Shown here one piece after another: positions 15,166 to 29,479 of a DNA stretch of 64,000 nt. A program made the translations under genes and the position numbers. Under the pieces are notes generated by a model that had not been told where the DNA came from, did not search any database, and saw only the letters and a list, made by a program, of their open reading frames with translations. The stretch spans positions 109,616,001 to 109,680,000 of the forward strand of contig OZ024743.1 in NCBI GenBank assembly GCA_964016885.1. The letters are read 5' to 3'. Each line of letters begins with the position of its first letter. Positions within the stretch are counted from its first letter, which is position 1. This stretch comes from Eledone cirrhosa (lineage: Eukaryota).

Positions 15166-15255
15166 ATGTATGTAAAACGTAAACATAAATAATAACATAA
15201 TCGGTAAAGTATATGGAAGGGATATGTTAGGTTAACGCTTGATATAGCAGGAAGA

Positions 15256-15297
15256 GGGTTTTAACGTTTCGGACGCTAGTCCTTTGCCAGAAGAAAG
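15256..15297 (-). ncRNA. Degenerate hammerhead motif
   Basis: Reverse complement ctggcaa-aggac-tagc-gtcc-GAAACGTTA: stem II and GAAA intact, core mutated. Confidence 0.45.
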
Positions 15298-16697
15298 AAT
15301 CAGAAATAAAATAGATTGAGAGGGACTTTTTGCTTGAGTGGATTGGGAAAAGTGTCTTTAGATAATAATATCAGGTCCATTGATGTTGACATCTCTTGCA
15401 ATATATATATATATATATATATATATCTGCGCATGTGTGTGTAACAGTATTACTAACAATTTATATGGCGTTATCGTAGCCTATGCAATATGATTATGTA
15501 TAAAAATTAGGTCTGGCTAGGATTAATTTAATATACGATCAAACCATTGTTGCATCAGTAATTGCATCAGTAACCATTTTTGAACGAAACGTACTTGTAA
15601 TTGAGGAGCTTTGTCTATGTTACTCATTCAGTATTGAGTTCCATAAGTTAATTTATGTATAGATGTTTCAATTAATAATTTTTCAGAGATCCACTAAATT
15701 TAATTCAGAACACACACGCACACACACACAGATACATACACACACATGCACACATACACACACACATACGCACACACACACACACACACACAAACATACA
15801 CAAAATAACTCACACACATATATATATTTATATATACATCTACATACAGATGATGATAATGTGGAAACTCGTGTTTTCTGATGACGAATTTGAAAATTAA
15901 ACAGACACGCACTCATTTGGCGTAATTCCGAGGGAGATTCATCGTGATACAAACTGTGCCATCACTGGTATCTTGAATTCCAGACACTAACATATATAGG
16001 CAGTTTAATAGATGGATATAAATATTAAAGCATAGTTCCATAGATACATTGGTTAACTGATTTTCTTAGATTGGAAAAAATATGGTTGCTTATGTATTAT
16101 TTTAGTATATATCTATGTTGGAGAATCAGAAAACATCTACGTATTGTGATAGATAACCATCAACATATATCGGATTCATGTAACTACTGCGTTCATTTAT
16201 AACTCAGTCCTTTTATAGTTTTCCCACCCTCTTTAATGATATTCAACTTAGCAATTGTAATCCTGTCGTTTAAAGCTTCTATACTGTCAGATGATTGACA
16301 GTTTTAGTGTCCTACTGACCTTTTCGTTTCAGAGAAATTCTCTTGAAGAATGAGTTACAGCAAAGAAAACATATATAAACCATTTAACATAAAAAATATA
16401 TTCGGAAAAATATATTCTTCAAATGTTGAAGTAGAATTTTAGTTATTGAGTGGATGTATGTATGTATGCATGTATGCGCGTTTGCATGTATGTATGTTTG
16501 TATGCATTTATGCATGTTTTCATGTATGTGTGTGTGCAGGCATGTATGAATGTATATATGTATGTATAAATGTATGTAGGTATGCATGCGATTACATGTA
16601 TGTAAGTGTTTTTATATATATACATATACATACTTGTACATGTATATATATATATAAACACTTATATACATTACATACCTGTACATGTACACACACA

Positions 16698-16797
<100 letters not shown>

Positions 16798-17283
16798 CAT
16801 ATATGTATATTTGTAAAATATATTCTCCATTTAGATGTCGATGCAGCAAATATTAATAAGTTTTTGAGCACTTTACCGATAAAGCTAGAAAGTAAATCTA
16901 GTTTAAATAATTCTAATTTAAAAATTATCATCTTTCTTTGCATGGAAACCATGAATAATTAGATATACACTCTCATATTATATCACTCATTTACTGCTAT
17001 ATATTTGTGTATGTGTGAATGTGCCTGTTTCCGTGTTTGTGTATTTGGTGTTTCAAGTAGTCACCAAATCTATATCTAGATCTATTTCATATAGATGAAC
17101 GTAAGATACATCTCACTATATATAATGACATTTTGCTCTCGATATATTCTAGAAACTGGATCAAATACTATCTCTTGTGAAGATTTGTTATTAATTCTGT
17201 AGTGATATTTTTTTTTTGGCATGGAATTTGAATTACTCCACAAGCGTATACAGTTTTCTCTCGCACACTACATTTGCCTAAAC

Positions 17284-18000
17284 CTGGGATCGGCAACCAC
17301 CGGCTCGCGGGCCACATCAGACCCGCGAACAAAATTTCCCGGTCCGCCAACGCGTTTAAGTCTTAGGCCAAGCCATCCCTGAACAAGTGTCCTGAATTAT
17401 TTCGGATTAGACTATCGACAAGAGAACTTGTCTAGCCACAAACTACCTTAGCTGAACGTAATTTTTGGCGTGATAGTAACAAATAATCAAACTCCGACCG
17501 ATAGAATGATCAGACATCGAGGTCAATGGGAGTGCGTATGAGTTCATTCTTATATACATGTGAATAAATAGTATGTGTATGGCAGGGATGTAGAATGACC
17601 CAGATTTACGTAAAACAAGTCAGCCTGGCTGGCATACATCTATTTCATTTAACCCTAAACCAAATCTTCATCTGAATTTACTGTCTGATAGTATGTGACT
17701 GTACTCGATAATATTCAATGTTTATTTATTTTGTTATGCTGTAAGTGTTCAGTATAATTGGGAGTTAATTTTTTCATCGAAAAAATGTTAACTTTGAATA
17801 AAATACACCGTCAGCTTTCGAGTCACAGTTTATTAAAAATGTCATGGTATTTTATGATATTACTGTATTCGTTTCACATATGTTCTCATTACTTATTTGA
17901 TATCATGGCCCGCTGGCAAGGCACTGCAAAACTATGTGGTCCGCTGATACAACATTGCATAGCAACGTGTACAACACACCTCAAAGATTGCCTGCCCCAG
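17284..18000. mobile_element. Non-autonomous hAT (Charlie-like) DNA transposon
   Basis: Imperfect TIRs ctgggatcggcaacc / gattgcctgccccag, subterminal ggcccgc-type repeats, 8-bp TSD gcctaaac (17276-17283) / gcctaaat (18001-18008). Confidence 0.8.
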
Positions 18001-18244
18001 GCCTAAATGAATGTTGAGTAACTTCTTATGGATTTGGTCATTGTGTACTATACCTGTAAGCAAAATAATAATAAATTAGTATGTTGTCTTAATTAATAGT
18101 GTTTCCTCAAACACAAGCTCCATACTGTTTAGACTATAGGTATAAAATCAAGACTGATCCTTGAATTCGATAGCAATATATGAGAATGTCTATCGATTTT
18201 GCTTGTAAATGTGAATTTATTGAAAGCAAGGCATTATGATACTA

Positions 18245-18429
18245 GGGCGGTGGGCTGGCAGTATCGGTAGAGGGTCGGACGCCATGCTTTCCAGCATAGT
18301 TACGTCCCTTTACGATCTGAGTTCAAATCCCGCCGAGGTTGACTTTGCCTTTCATCCTTACGGGGTCGATAAAATAAAGTACCAGTAATGCACTGGATAA
18401 TTGCTGGCCTTGTGCCTAACATAGAAACA
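18245..18429 (+). mobile_element. tRNA-derived SINE with Meta-like central domain, full length
   Basis: A/B boxes (ctggcagtatcgg; gagttcaaatcc), body gactttgcctttcatccttacggggtcgataaaataaagtacc, 12-bp TSD attatgatacta (18233-18244 / 18430-18441). Confidence 0.9.
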
Positions 18430-18559
18430 ATTATGATACTAAGTCTAGTAACAATAACCAAGAGTAGACACAACTTAATTTAATCGAACATGGATCCATC
18501 TCCAAATGCCATACCTGATCTTTATAGAGTCATCATGGTGGGGATGAAAATGATTCTTA

Positions 18560-18990
18560 TAAATGATGATAATATATTTCAGGATGATGAATCTGATGAT
18601 GACGACGATGATGATGATAATGATGATGATGATGTTCATGCTAATAGTGATGGTGAGGATGATGGCGATGTTTATGCTTGTGGTGGTGGTGGTGGTGGTG
18701 GCAGGAACATGTTTGTGATAATGACGAGGCCTCAGTTAATTCGTATGAGGATGACGGTGACGACAATAGTGTAGACCAAGACGACCATGACTACGACGCC
18801 CACGACGATGATGATGATGACGACGACTATGATGATAATCTTGATGATGTTGAATATGATGATGTTAACTATGATGGTGGAAATAATCGACGACGGCGGA
18901 ACCGACGAATATGATGGAAGTGATGATGATAATGGTCATGATGATAATGATGAATATGACTTCGATGATATACATATTATGGATGAGTAT
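18560..18990. repeat. Degenerate (GAT/GAC)n low-complexity tract
   Basis: Runs of gatgatgat/gacgac giving short poly-Asp frames interrupted by frameshifts. Confidence 0.85.
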
Positions 18991-20001
18991 GTTTTAGTGT
19001 GAAAAAAATAATTGAGTCAGAAATCATGTGTAATAATAAATCTGTCGTTGCCCAATAGAAGACGTGCGTTTTGGTTAGTTCCTTTTTAAAATAATGTATA
19101 TAAGTTTGTTTTACGCGAATTTATTTATTCATTGATCTCTTTTCTTTATAGAAATGAATCAGAGACTGTTAACCTAATCTACCTGACCATCAAACCACAT
19201 CTTGACATATTTTTTTAATGTTAAGTAGATTCGTATCCTGAAGAATTAAATTTGAGATTTATGGTTACTAAGAGTCTGAGTGACAGTTATACCTCCTCCG
19301 CCGTCTCCTAAACGAGAAGACAGTGGCTAACCACATAAATTCTTCAGTTAACATATCTTATTAAGGTCATGACCTCATCACCCAGTTCAAGTGTAGGAAG
19401 TTTAAATGAGCGCAGTATATGACTGCACAAATATGCGAGAGCACACGTACGCGCACATACACACGCATGCACACACAAACACAGACACACATACACATAT
19501 TTTAAAAAGCAATCATCACAAACATATAGGCGCAGCTATGTATTCGTTTGTTATTTGTATTATTTTACTCATATCTTTTCCATCATTAGAATACGGCCAC
19601 GCTGGTGCATCGGATTGATGTAGTCATATATGTGAATACACATGGGTTGCCCATGTGTATTGATAAACCTCGAAATTAGTATTTAGACCTCTTTGAGATT
19701 TGTAAATCTTGTGGCATATGTAGTATTGAGAAAGGTGAACTGTTTTGGGTATTCTATAGCCAGTAGGGAGTGCCGTCTTGTGTGCTCATATTTGATATTG
19801 AAGTGCAGCATCTGACATGCAGATTTTCAATTGTACAAGTAGAACAAGTTACATTAGTTTCATATTCCCTTAGGTGTTTTTTTCTTTCTTAGCTTTTTTT
19901 TTCATTCTACTTAATATTTTACACATTTACATTTTGCATCATTAGACTAAGGCAATGCTGGTGTGTCGGTTTGATTTAGTCACACACACACACACACACA
20001 C

Positions 20002-20111
<110 letters not shown>

Positions 20112-20120
20112 TATATATAT

Positions 20121-20400
20121 GAGAATGGAGGCGGTAAAAACCAGTTAGATCCTTACTCATCACTGACCTCGATACAAGGCTCCGCCACCGGGGTCACGAT
20201 TTTTTCAAATATATATGTATGTGAAATAATTCTAAGTGTAAAGAGCAAATAAACAAAACGTATTACTATTTTTTCTTAAAACTTCTGACCGTACAGTTTC
20301 GCCGATTGTTATGCAGCCATATTGCTCCTAAGCTGCATTCGGGCCGTGAGGTTTTCAGCTAGTCGAGAGATACGCCCAGTGAAAGGATAATTTTCTGAAT
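20121..20400 (-). mobile_element. PLE-like end with degenerate long-stem-II hammerhead (~20283-20371)
   Basis: Reverse complement tct-ctcgacta-gctga...atgcagc..gctgcat...tcggc-GAAA-ctgtacg-GTC-aga. The terminal atctaactggtttttaccgc is shared with 42820-42850. Confidence 0.5.
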
Positions 20401-20911
20401 TGCCCTCTACCAGTGAAAAAGACCCGAAAGGAAACATTCTCACGTGGTATAACAGCCAACGGCTGTTAGCAAAGAAAGACATTTGAGGAGTAACAATTTT
20501 CCTAGAAGAAGCAGTCAGATTCTGCCTAATTTTTACTCAGCCAAAATGGGAGTTAGGACACATTATCAAAACCCATTTTAGCATTTTATGAAAATAAATA
20601 CTGAATTTCATTTTAACACTGATATAAACACATTGTTGTAGATACTGATCAACACCGCTTTCTTCGGAAAGTAGATTTACGCGACATATTTGCAAGGAGA
20701 ATGTGATTGCCTACTACATTGACTTCATTGCCGCAATAATACCTCCTGAGATCGATGTAATTAATCAATTTCATTGATATGATTAGTAAAAATGACGATA
20801 GCTATATTTGAAATCAGTAAATAAATGTATGTTACTCGATATCGAGAAGTTTTTGATCTATGTGCGTCAGTTATTGCCATTTGTTTATTTTTTTTTATTA
20901 TTTATTAATAG

Positions 20912-21119
20912 TTTCTAATTTTGGTTTAAAGCCAGGAAAATGGGGGAAGGTCAAAGTTGATAAACTCAATCGCAGTACTTTTATGGTATTTTATATATCG
21001 ACTGAGGAAGGATGAAAAGCACAGTTGACCATGTTGGAATTTGACCACTGAACATGGAGCCAGAACAAATATTGCAATTACATTTCATCTGACGCTCTAC
21101 AATTTCTACCAATCCACCA
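20912..21119 (-). mobile_element. Diverged SINE copy (same family as 18245)
   Basis: Reverse-complement similarity to the tail and body (tatcgac..aggatgaaaagcacagttgac..ggaatttga). Confidence 0.65.
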
Positions 21120-21140
21120 GATTTCTAATGAGAAAAATTG

Positions 21141-21371
21141 ATTTTTGATTTATGCACAAGGCCAGCAAATTTGGGTGATGGACAATATCGAACAGATTAA
21201 TTAGTTTTATCGCAAACTAAATGATGAAAGTGAAAGGAAACCCATTTGGATGTCAAGTCAGAACATACAATGTCATCACGGAATCGACGGAATTTAAATT
21301 CAAAATGTAACCGAAACAAATATTGCTAAGCATTTGGCTGACGATGCAAACGACCCTGCCATCCAACGCCT
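21141..21371 (-). mobile_element. Second diverged SINE copy, in tandem
   Basis: gcacaaggccagcaa is the reverse complement of the SINE tail; ctgccatccaacgcc is the reverse complement of the head. Confidence 0.6.
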
Positions 21372-21744
21372 TTACCTTTTCATTAATTAATAAGAATGCT
21401 GAGTGTTTGTCTTCAGTCATGTATATCTCTTAGCAAGATATTAGAAACTATTTGCTTTGTACTTCGCATTTTAGTGCTTCACTTGCTAGAGCGTACGATT
21501 CATTGATTACAGTTATGGTCGGAGTTTCATATACATTTTCATTGAATTTTACAAACTTTCTTTGCGTGATATCATATATTTACTCTACAGAAAATAGCGT
21601 ATAAATATTCAGGATATCATTCTACGTATAAAGGTGAACATAAATATATAATATGTTAGACTGAGTATGAAAATGTGAGTGTACTTGACAGAATACGTGT
21701 AAGAATATTGTGAATACGTGTGTGCTTCTGTGCGAGTTTATTGA

Positions 21745-21818
<74 letters not shown>

Positions 21819-21904
21819 GCAAACAATTACAGATACTCGTAAAAGCATACATACGCAGACACAGATATATATTTATGTATATTCAAATATACATATATGT
21901 ATGC

Positions 21905-22034
<130 letters not shown>

Positions 22035-22123
22035 ATATATATATGTATATATATATATATATTTACATATATATATATATTTACATATATATATATACAT
22101 ATATACACATACATTCATATATG

Positions 22124-22171
<48 letters not shown>

Positions 22172-22771
22172 CTTACAACACACATATATATATACATAAG
22201 TATACACTTATGCATTCATACGAATATATATACACATAATTAGAAATGGCGATATATGCGTATTTGGCTGTGTACACAAGAAGCTCACATTGATTCAGTA
22301 AATCAATCATGTGTTTATGTAATTATGAAGACGTCTTTGATGAGAACTTGATCAAACAAAGTAATTAATAAACATTTCTTGTTAACACAATGTTAAAGGC
22401 AAAGCAAATAATGCCAGTTCTTTTCCCCTGCAGCTTGACTACCGGGAGAGCATAACAAATATTTAGAAGTTTGATTAAATACATGATATTTGTGATAGCA
22501 AATGAATTCCACTAGGAACTATTTATTTAATCAAAACCCATATATGTGTTGCGTATTCGAAATTTGAAATCTGTCGAAATAATTGAAATTATGCTTCTAA
22601 TATATTGGATACATCAGGGTCTTCAAATGTTAGGAACTACATCGTTTCAAATTGGACGAACTAAAAATATACATATTTAATTACTATATAGCTTCGATGT
22701 CTGAGGAGAATGTCATAGAAAATATTTAGCGTGTTCATAGGGTCGACTAATAGATGTCGTCGTCGTTGTCG

Positions 22772-22785
22772 TAGTAGTAGTAGTT

Positions 22786-22834
<49 letters not shown>

Positions 22835-22872
22835 CAGCAGCAGCAGCAGCTGTTATAATAGCAGCAGCAGCT

Positions 22873-22926
<54 letters not shown>

Positions 22927-22928
22927 TT
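22772..22928. repeat. (AGT)n/(AGC)n trinucleotide microsatellite
   Basis: Direct reading. Confidence 0.95.
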
Positions 22929-23939
22929 TAATGATTTTGTTGCTCCTGTATATTAAGTGTATTGCAATTAAAGCTGTTGCTAATATTTTAAGTACCCCTA
23001 AGATTATAAGTATAAAATTGAAATATTTTTATGTTTTACTTTCTTTGAATTGGATGATTAGAGAAAACCCCTGAGAATTGCTTTTATTTTGAACGAAAAT
23101 TCAATAACATTTTACAGGATAAATAAACTCTGCATGTTTTATTTGTTTCAAGAAACGTGAAATAACGCCCTGCACTCAAAAACATGTAGGTATATACATT
23201 TTATATGTAAGAAGAAACATAATGTAAATATCTTAACGAAGTTTAGTTGACTAGTACAGTAATAGCTGCGTATATTCACCCATTTCATGCGGGGTTTTTT
23301 TCAGTTGAAGGATCAATGAATCTGTGTCTTCTTTAGTATTTTGAAAACAAACATCTGTCAAAAGGAAAGTATGTCACACGCTGTTTTGTCTTGATATCAT
23401 AATCAGAGAGTCTGATATTGATATCCAGGATCAAGACCATACAAAGCACAACAGATCTACGTGGGTATCTATTGGTGAGTACAATTCGGATGATGATTAG
23501 TCGTCTTATTAGAATATGTATCGTATTAAACATATCAGAGTTAAGTAAAGCATGCATCTCACTGAGACATTCCTAGTTAAATATGACTGATATGACTCGT
23601 CAGCAAGTGGGTTCTGAACGAATTAATTGTTCATTTAACTTAATATTTCGTTATCCAGGACTGGTGAAAGGCAAGGAGAGTGCAAAGAAAATGGGAAAGA
23701 AAAAACGATATACATGAAATGAAATCTTCATGAACTTTGCCATACAAATCTATGCCAAACGCTAATTGACTTAATATATAACAATAATATTGTAAAACAA
23801 TATATTCTGAACATGCTATCGAAATTGTGTGTCAAGTTGGAGCAATAACATAAACGAAACGTGCTACTAAAAAACGATATTACATTTTTCAGGCAAAACA
23901 CGTTCATCATGAATAAGATGAAAATATCAGCAGAGGTTT

Positions 23940-24166
23940 AATCATATATATATACAAAAAGCAAAACACATACACCCAAACGCGAACACACACGCCAAAC
24001 ATAATACACACACGCAAACGTATGCGCAGAGACGGAGACAACATTAAATAAATAAATAAGTAAAATTAAAATGGCGTAAACACTACAATGCAACACAATT
24101 GGCGGAAACATGATAATAGTACCACTGATGATGTTGCAGATGTGCAACGAAAGAAATTTGTTAGAC
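23940..24166 (+). mobile_element. PLE 3'-end fragment (family B) with hammerhead at 24123-24160
   Basis: ca-CTGATGA-tgttgca-gatg-tgcaac-GAAA. The region matches the reverse complement of 44365-44550. Confidence 0.7.
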
Positions 24167-24261
24167 TATATATATATATATATTTATATCTCCATTGTTA
24201 CCCATTGGTCAGTCAATGATAAAAATTGATTGCCAAATAAATTAACTCTGGATATATAAAA

Positions 24262-24961
24262 TATACAGACGTACAGTAGTATGTATATATATATACATAC
24301 ATGCACACATATATATATGCACGTACCGGTTTACCGAATATTTATCATAATGCTCGGTTTGTTTGTTTATAAACAAACAAACAGCCCGAATTACACCGTA
24401 CAATGTTTAGGCAACCACGTCACCTTTTTGTTCAACACTGACACAGTAACGATGTACTAGTTTCAAGCTTATTAGCTATCGTCAGCATCGTATACCTTCC
24501 TGCCTAAGAGTGAGAAATGAAATTTCGTTTCATTCCATTCCATTTATCGTTTTCGGTGTGCCCGGCGGACTGAACTCTCTCGATATGCAAATTAGGCTGC
24601 TCAGCCGTTAATATGCATAAGGAAAGTAGGTAGGTATACGATGCTGACGATCGTTAATAAGCTTGAAACTAGTACATCGTTCCTGTGTCAGTGTTGAAAA
24701 AAAAGGTGACGTGGTTGCCTAAACATTGTAGGCGTAATTCGGGCTGTTTGTTTGTTTATAAACAAACAAACCGAGCATTATGATAAATGTTCGGTAAACC
24801 GATACTTGCATATATATATATGTGTGCATGTATATATATATATATATGCATACTGCTGTATGTCTGTATACATATATATGTACGTATATATACATACATA
24901 TTTACATTTAAGTAAGTGCCGTAATAAGAGTGAGAAATGAAATTTTCGTTTCATTCTATTC

Positions 24962-24962
<1 letters not shown>
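24262..24962. mobile_element. Retrozyme-like family A, locus 2 (minus partial arm + plus 1.1 unit)
   Basis: Minus HHR at 24449-24491, plus HHR at 24638-24680. The plus arm begins and ends with taagagtgagaaatgaaa (24505 and 24925). Confidence 0.8.
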
Positions 24963-24992
<30 letters not shown>

Positions 24993-25836
24993 ATATACAT
25001 AATAAATAAATTAGACAATTATCAAAGTTGTGTTTCTTCTAAACTCTCATTTGGCGTTACCATAGCATTATCAATGTTTGTTCATGTAATTAACCTCCTA
25101 TTCAACTGAACAATAATATTGATACATATATATTGATGTTGTGAGCAACAGTTTCGTATTTACAGGGTGGAATGGATGCGACATATATTTTACGAGAATT
25201 TTACAAAAATTCAAATTCAAATAAAATTTAAATAAAAACCACAGAGTGGAATACATGCAATAGTTAATACAAGAGAATAGTCTAACAATTTAAGAGGCAT
25301 TGAGAAAGGAGCTTTGTGAAAGATAGAGTACATTAGTAATACATATGCAGTCGTGTGGAAGGTGCACATGCGTTAGTCATGTATATGAGAAGGAAATAAG
25401 CAAAGTTAATATGCATATATAGAGAAATAAATACTGTATTTTAAGCAAATATGTAATATATTAAAACCTATGGTGGACGTAATATGTTGATAATGTTTGA
25501 ATTGGCGTGTATGGGAAGAACAAAGTTACTGCAGTCTCTTCCATTTCATATGTTGAATTATAATTTAGTTAATGTTTATGCTGAATGTTTTAAGTTAGTT
25601 AAAGCAATGGATTGTAAATTGCTCCTATTGTATTCTTATTCATGGACTATAGTTGTTCAACAGGTAGACGTTCCAATTGTGAATTTCCGGAAGTGAATAA
25701 GGGGAGCTAATGCGTAAGGGGAGGTAACAAGTTAATTAAATTCAGTTATTTAAAATCTTTGCTCTAATACACATTATAATGTGAAACAATTGAATCCCTA
25801 TTACAAAATGTATACACACAGACACACACACACACA

Positions 25837-25930
<94 letters not shown>

Positions 25931-25933
<3 letters not shown>

Positions 25934-26541
25934 TGGCTGCCAACTCGTTTTCGAGTACGGCCACTACTTTATATCCATGTAGGAGAACCCCTACCGATGC
26001 GCTGAACGAGTGTGACTTTTTAGTCCAGCCAGCGACTTGAAAACTCTGGTACAAACACTACACTTGTGACAATTATTGACACATAGTGCTGGGCCCATGG
26101 TACCATGTGACGGCAAGTGCAGAGAGATCTCCAGATACAAAGCAATGCCTGTGCCGTGAAGCTTTTATAGTGAGCAAAGGCACTGCACAAAGCCAGTCCC
26201 ACTCTCTTAACCAAGATGATATTTACCAAAAAGAAGAACAAGTCAACATCATTGGATACCATCAGGGTTGCAGGTGTTATATCAGAGTTTTCCTTCTCCT
26301 AGAATTCTGCCTTGACAAAGGCTAAGGGGTCATCTCTCCCAGTGATTTTGGATGGCCATTGACTCTTAAGAGCTCCTTTGCCCTTTGACAGGTTTTGTTT
26401 TTAGTCCTGCAGGATGTCCAAAGTCACCCTCCTCACCAAGAAACCTTGGTGGGGTTGCCAGTTTAGTCGCCAACGACCCGACCATGAAACAGGTTGTACT
26501 GGGATACATGTTACCAGTAGCACCAAGTGGTGACCTGACAT
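25931..26541 (-). mobile_element. ~610-bp interspersed element, copy 2
   Basis: End-to-end match with 9654-10266 and 29480-30090. Confidence 0.75.
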
Positions 26542-26790
26542 AATATATATATATATATACACACATATATATACATTGCTGCTTCCGTGTTGCGAATATT
26601 CAGACTCCGTCAGACCACATGGTTTCTTCAGGGAGTCTGCATATTCTACTATACCCTCTATTGTATTCACTGAATTCTCTATCCTACATGTCAGGGCTTT
26701 TGGGGATTCACATTGAAAATTAAGACTTGGACATACAATAGGTATCATCTGATACCATTCCAACTCTTCCATCTTTATATTTAGGTATTA

Positions 26791-27222
26791 GCCGTACTAA
26801 GAGTGAGAAATGAAATTTCGTTTAATTCTTTTCCATTTATCGTGTTCGGTATGCCCGGCCGACTAACTCACTCGATATGCAAATTAGGTTGCTCAGCCGT
26901 TAATATGCATAAGGAAAGTATATACTTTCAAACGTTCAATCATCTGACAGAAAGGTACACGATGCTGAAAATAGCTAATAAGCTTGAAACTAGTACATCG
27001 TTCCTGTGTCAGTGTTGAACAAAAGGGCGACGATGGTTGCCGAGCATTGTAGGGCGTAATTCGGGCTGTTTGTTTACAAACAAACCGAACATTATAATAA
27101 ATGTTCGGTAAACCCAATCGTACATATATATATTTGTGTGCATGAATGTATGAATGTGTATATATACATACTACTGTACGTCTGTACACATATATGTATG
27201 TACGTATACATACTTATTATTT
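26791..27222 (+). mobile_element. Retrozyme-like family A, locus 3 (single unit; HHR core mutated to CTGAAAA at ~26959-27001)
   Basis: Homology to the other three loci; ends in (TA)n. Confidence 0.75.
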
Positions 27223-27248
27223 ATATATATATATATATATATATACAT

Positions 27249-27352
<104 letters not shown>

Positions 27353-29479
27353 ATTAAAAAACAGGAGTTTATATCCGTAGTAAGCAGAGCATTCAATCAA
27401 GTGGACGACTTCGGTGTAGATGTATTTGTACAATGAATTAGCAAACCATACTCGAGAGTGCCCGTTTCACCGATAAGATTTTCAATCCGCGTATGGCTAC
27501 AGTGAGAACGTAAGTGTATATGTGGGAAATTGTACTCTGCGTGTTGGAGGAGGATATTTTGGTGATAAGGGAGACAACTCAAATTAGGCTGATGGGGAGA
27601 CAATTTTAATTTAAGTTAGTTTATTCTGGGCAAGATTTATGGTTATCTCGGGTTTTCAAGTTACGTTACATGTAATTTCACAGCGTGGGACAAGCATTAA
27701 AGACATCTGCTTTAGTGTTAAGGCAAGTATTATTACGTTACCTCTGCAATTTATTCACTCTTTCATCAATATACAGCTTGCGGGAGATTACACCATCTCC
27801 ATATCGCCTCGAATTGGCCAGAACTTTCCATTCAATGAAGTAGTTCACGACTGCATCTTTGCGTGACCATATGTTGTGGTTTGTCAGCGTCGTGGACAAT
27901 CGCTTACCAGAGAGTCTACAGTTCGTCTGTTGGTAAAGTAAGTTTTCTTTAAACCGGCCTTCCGACCAGCCTACATATATTTTGACCTCTTGCTCTAATT
28001 GTTCCTATTACATTATGGATTGCAATTGATACGGAAGTGACGTCAATACATTCGAGAAATTCGTAAGAGGGATAATGAATCTAATAACTTGTCATAATCA
28101 AATCCTTCCAAATACATTCCACAAATGAATTGTGACTGTGTGGTTAAAAATTTCACATCCAGTTAATAACTTTATGGTTCCCAGTTAAAACACACTGCTC
28201 AGCATCTACGAATATTATCTTTCAGCTGAGTATCGATCAATGTTTGGTGGAGAAAATTGCAAATCGGTATATAAGTTGATGTATTGAAATCCACTAGATA
28301 CCCGACGGGCTTCGCCACATCCATCCAATTTCTGCTTTAAGGCGATAGAATTATTTGTCATTCATTTTAACTCCAGTGCATGATTCTTCTAGAAGCTATA
28401 TTTCGTGCTCACACCTATATCTGAAAAGAAAATTCCACTTCACTTCTATGGATTAACTATAAATAGGTTATGCATTTTGCCTTTTTTAGTTTTCTAACCC
28501 ATACACGTGAGAATATGAAAAAAACGACGAGGAATTATATAAAACTGGCTTCTAATATCGTGTATTATGTCACAGATAATCTATTTTAAAAGAGCTTACA
28601 TAAACAAGTATATGATGGTTAATGTTTTAGCGACGGTCCTGATCGAGCATACATATGTTAAAAATGTATTTCAGGTTTGGACATCCCAACTTTTGTTTTC
28701 TTGCGGAGTGTACACACATATTGACCAACATTATTCAATGTGCATTTCCTTCTATCTATGGAATTTAATGAACATATATCGCTACTATATCTAAGAGTGC
28801 ATGTGACGATATAGATGTCCCGAGTTAGGGTCTATTATCTAGCATCTGGATACGATAGAGAAGTTTATGTATGTAAACGTCTTATAGTTGCTGTACTCCA
28901 TTTTATTTATATGATTTTCTGAGGCCACCTTCTGAATTCAAGCCACTTACCGCATGTATATACATTCTAATATATCTGAGGAAAGAACTTCTTGTATAAT
29001 GAACATATTCAGCAGACTGCCTTCTCAAAATCTACTTCATGAATTCTGTTTATTTTATGAAGATTTGCTGAAATGTTTCATGCGACAGATGGACGCATAT
29101 TAACAGGAACATAATATAAAATATAAAATATAAAAGTGTGTGTATATATGTAAGTAGTATAATGTAATGTTTACAAGAGAAAAAATAACATAGTTTGGAT
29201 AGTACAATAAATATTTATGATAGTTTTAACACCAGTTTATTCATCCTAAACGCAAAATTATCACACACTGGGAGACACCGTTGCGAGGCATTATCTTATA
29301 TTTCTAAACATTTATATACGCTACCTATTTCAAAAATCACCCTATGTATTTGCGTACACATGCACAAATATAGACACGTACACAAATATATTGCCACCAT
29401 ACAAACGTACATACATGCATGGATACATACATACATGCATGCATTTCATTCTTGCATACACACATACATACATCATATA

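Noticed and set aside
15872-15905. CTGATGA...GAAA hammerhead candidate; similar partial cores at 4445-4465 and 57105-57130
   Set aside because: Stems I-III could not all be formed; too weak to call.
18490-19002. Acidic Asp-rich protein
   Set aside because: The poly-Asp switches frames several times; this is a degenerate (GAT)n tract.
22731-22931. Poly-Ser ORF
   Set aside because: It is the (AGT)n microsatellite.
26401-26772. 123-aa minus-strand ORF
   Set aside because: It spans a microsatellite and the 610-bp repeat and has no recognisable domain.
28293-28320. Helitron-like 3' end (hairpin + CTAGT, minus strand); similar at 40123-40232
   Set aside because: Only a short terminal signature, with no matching second end or second copy in the window.
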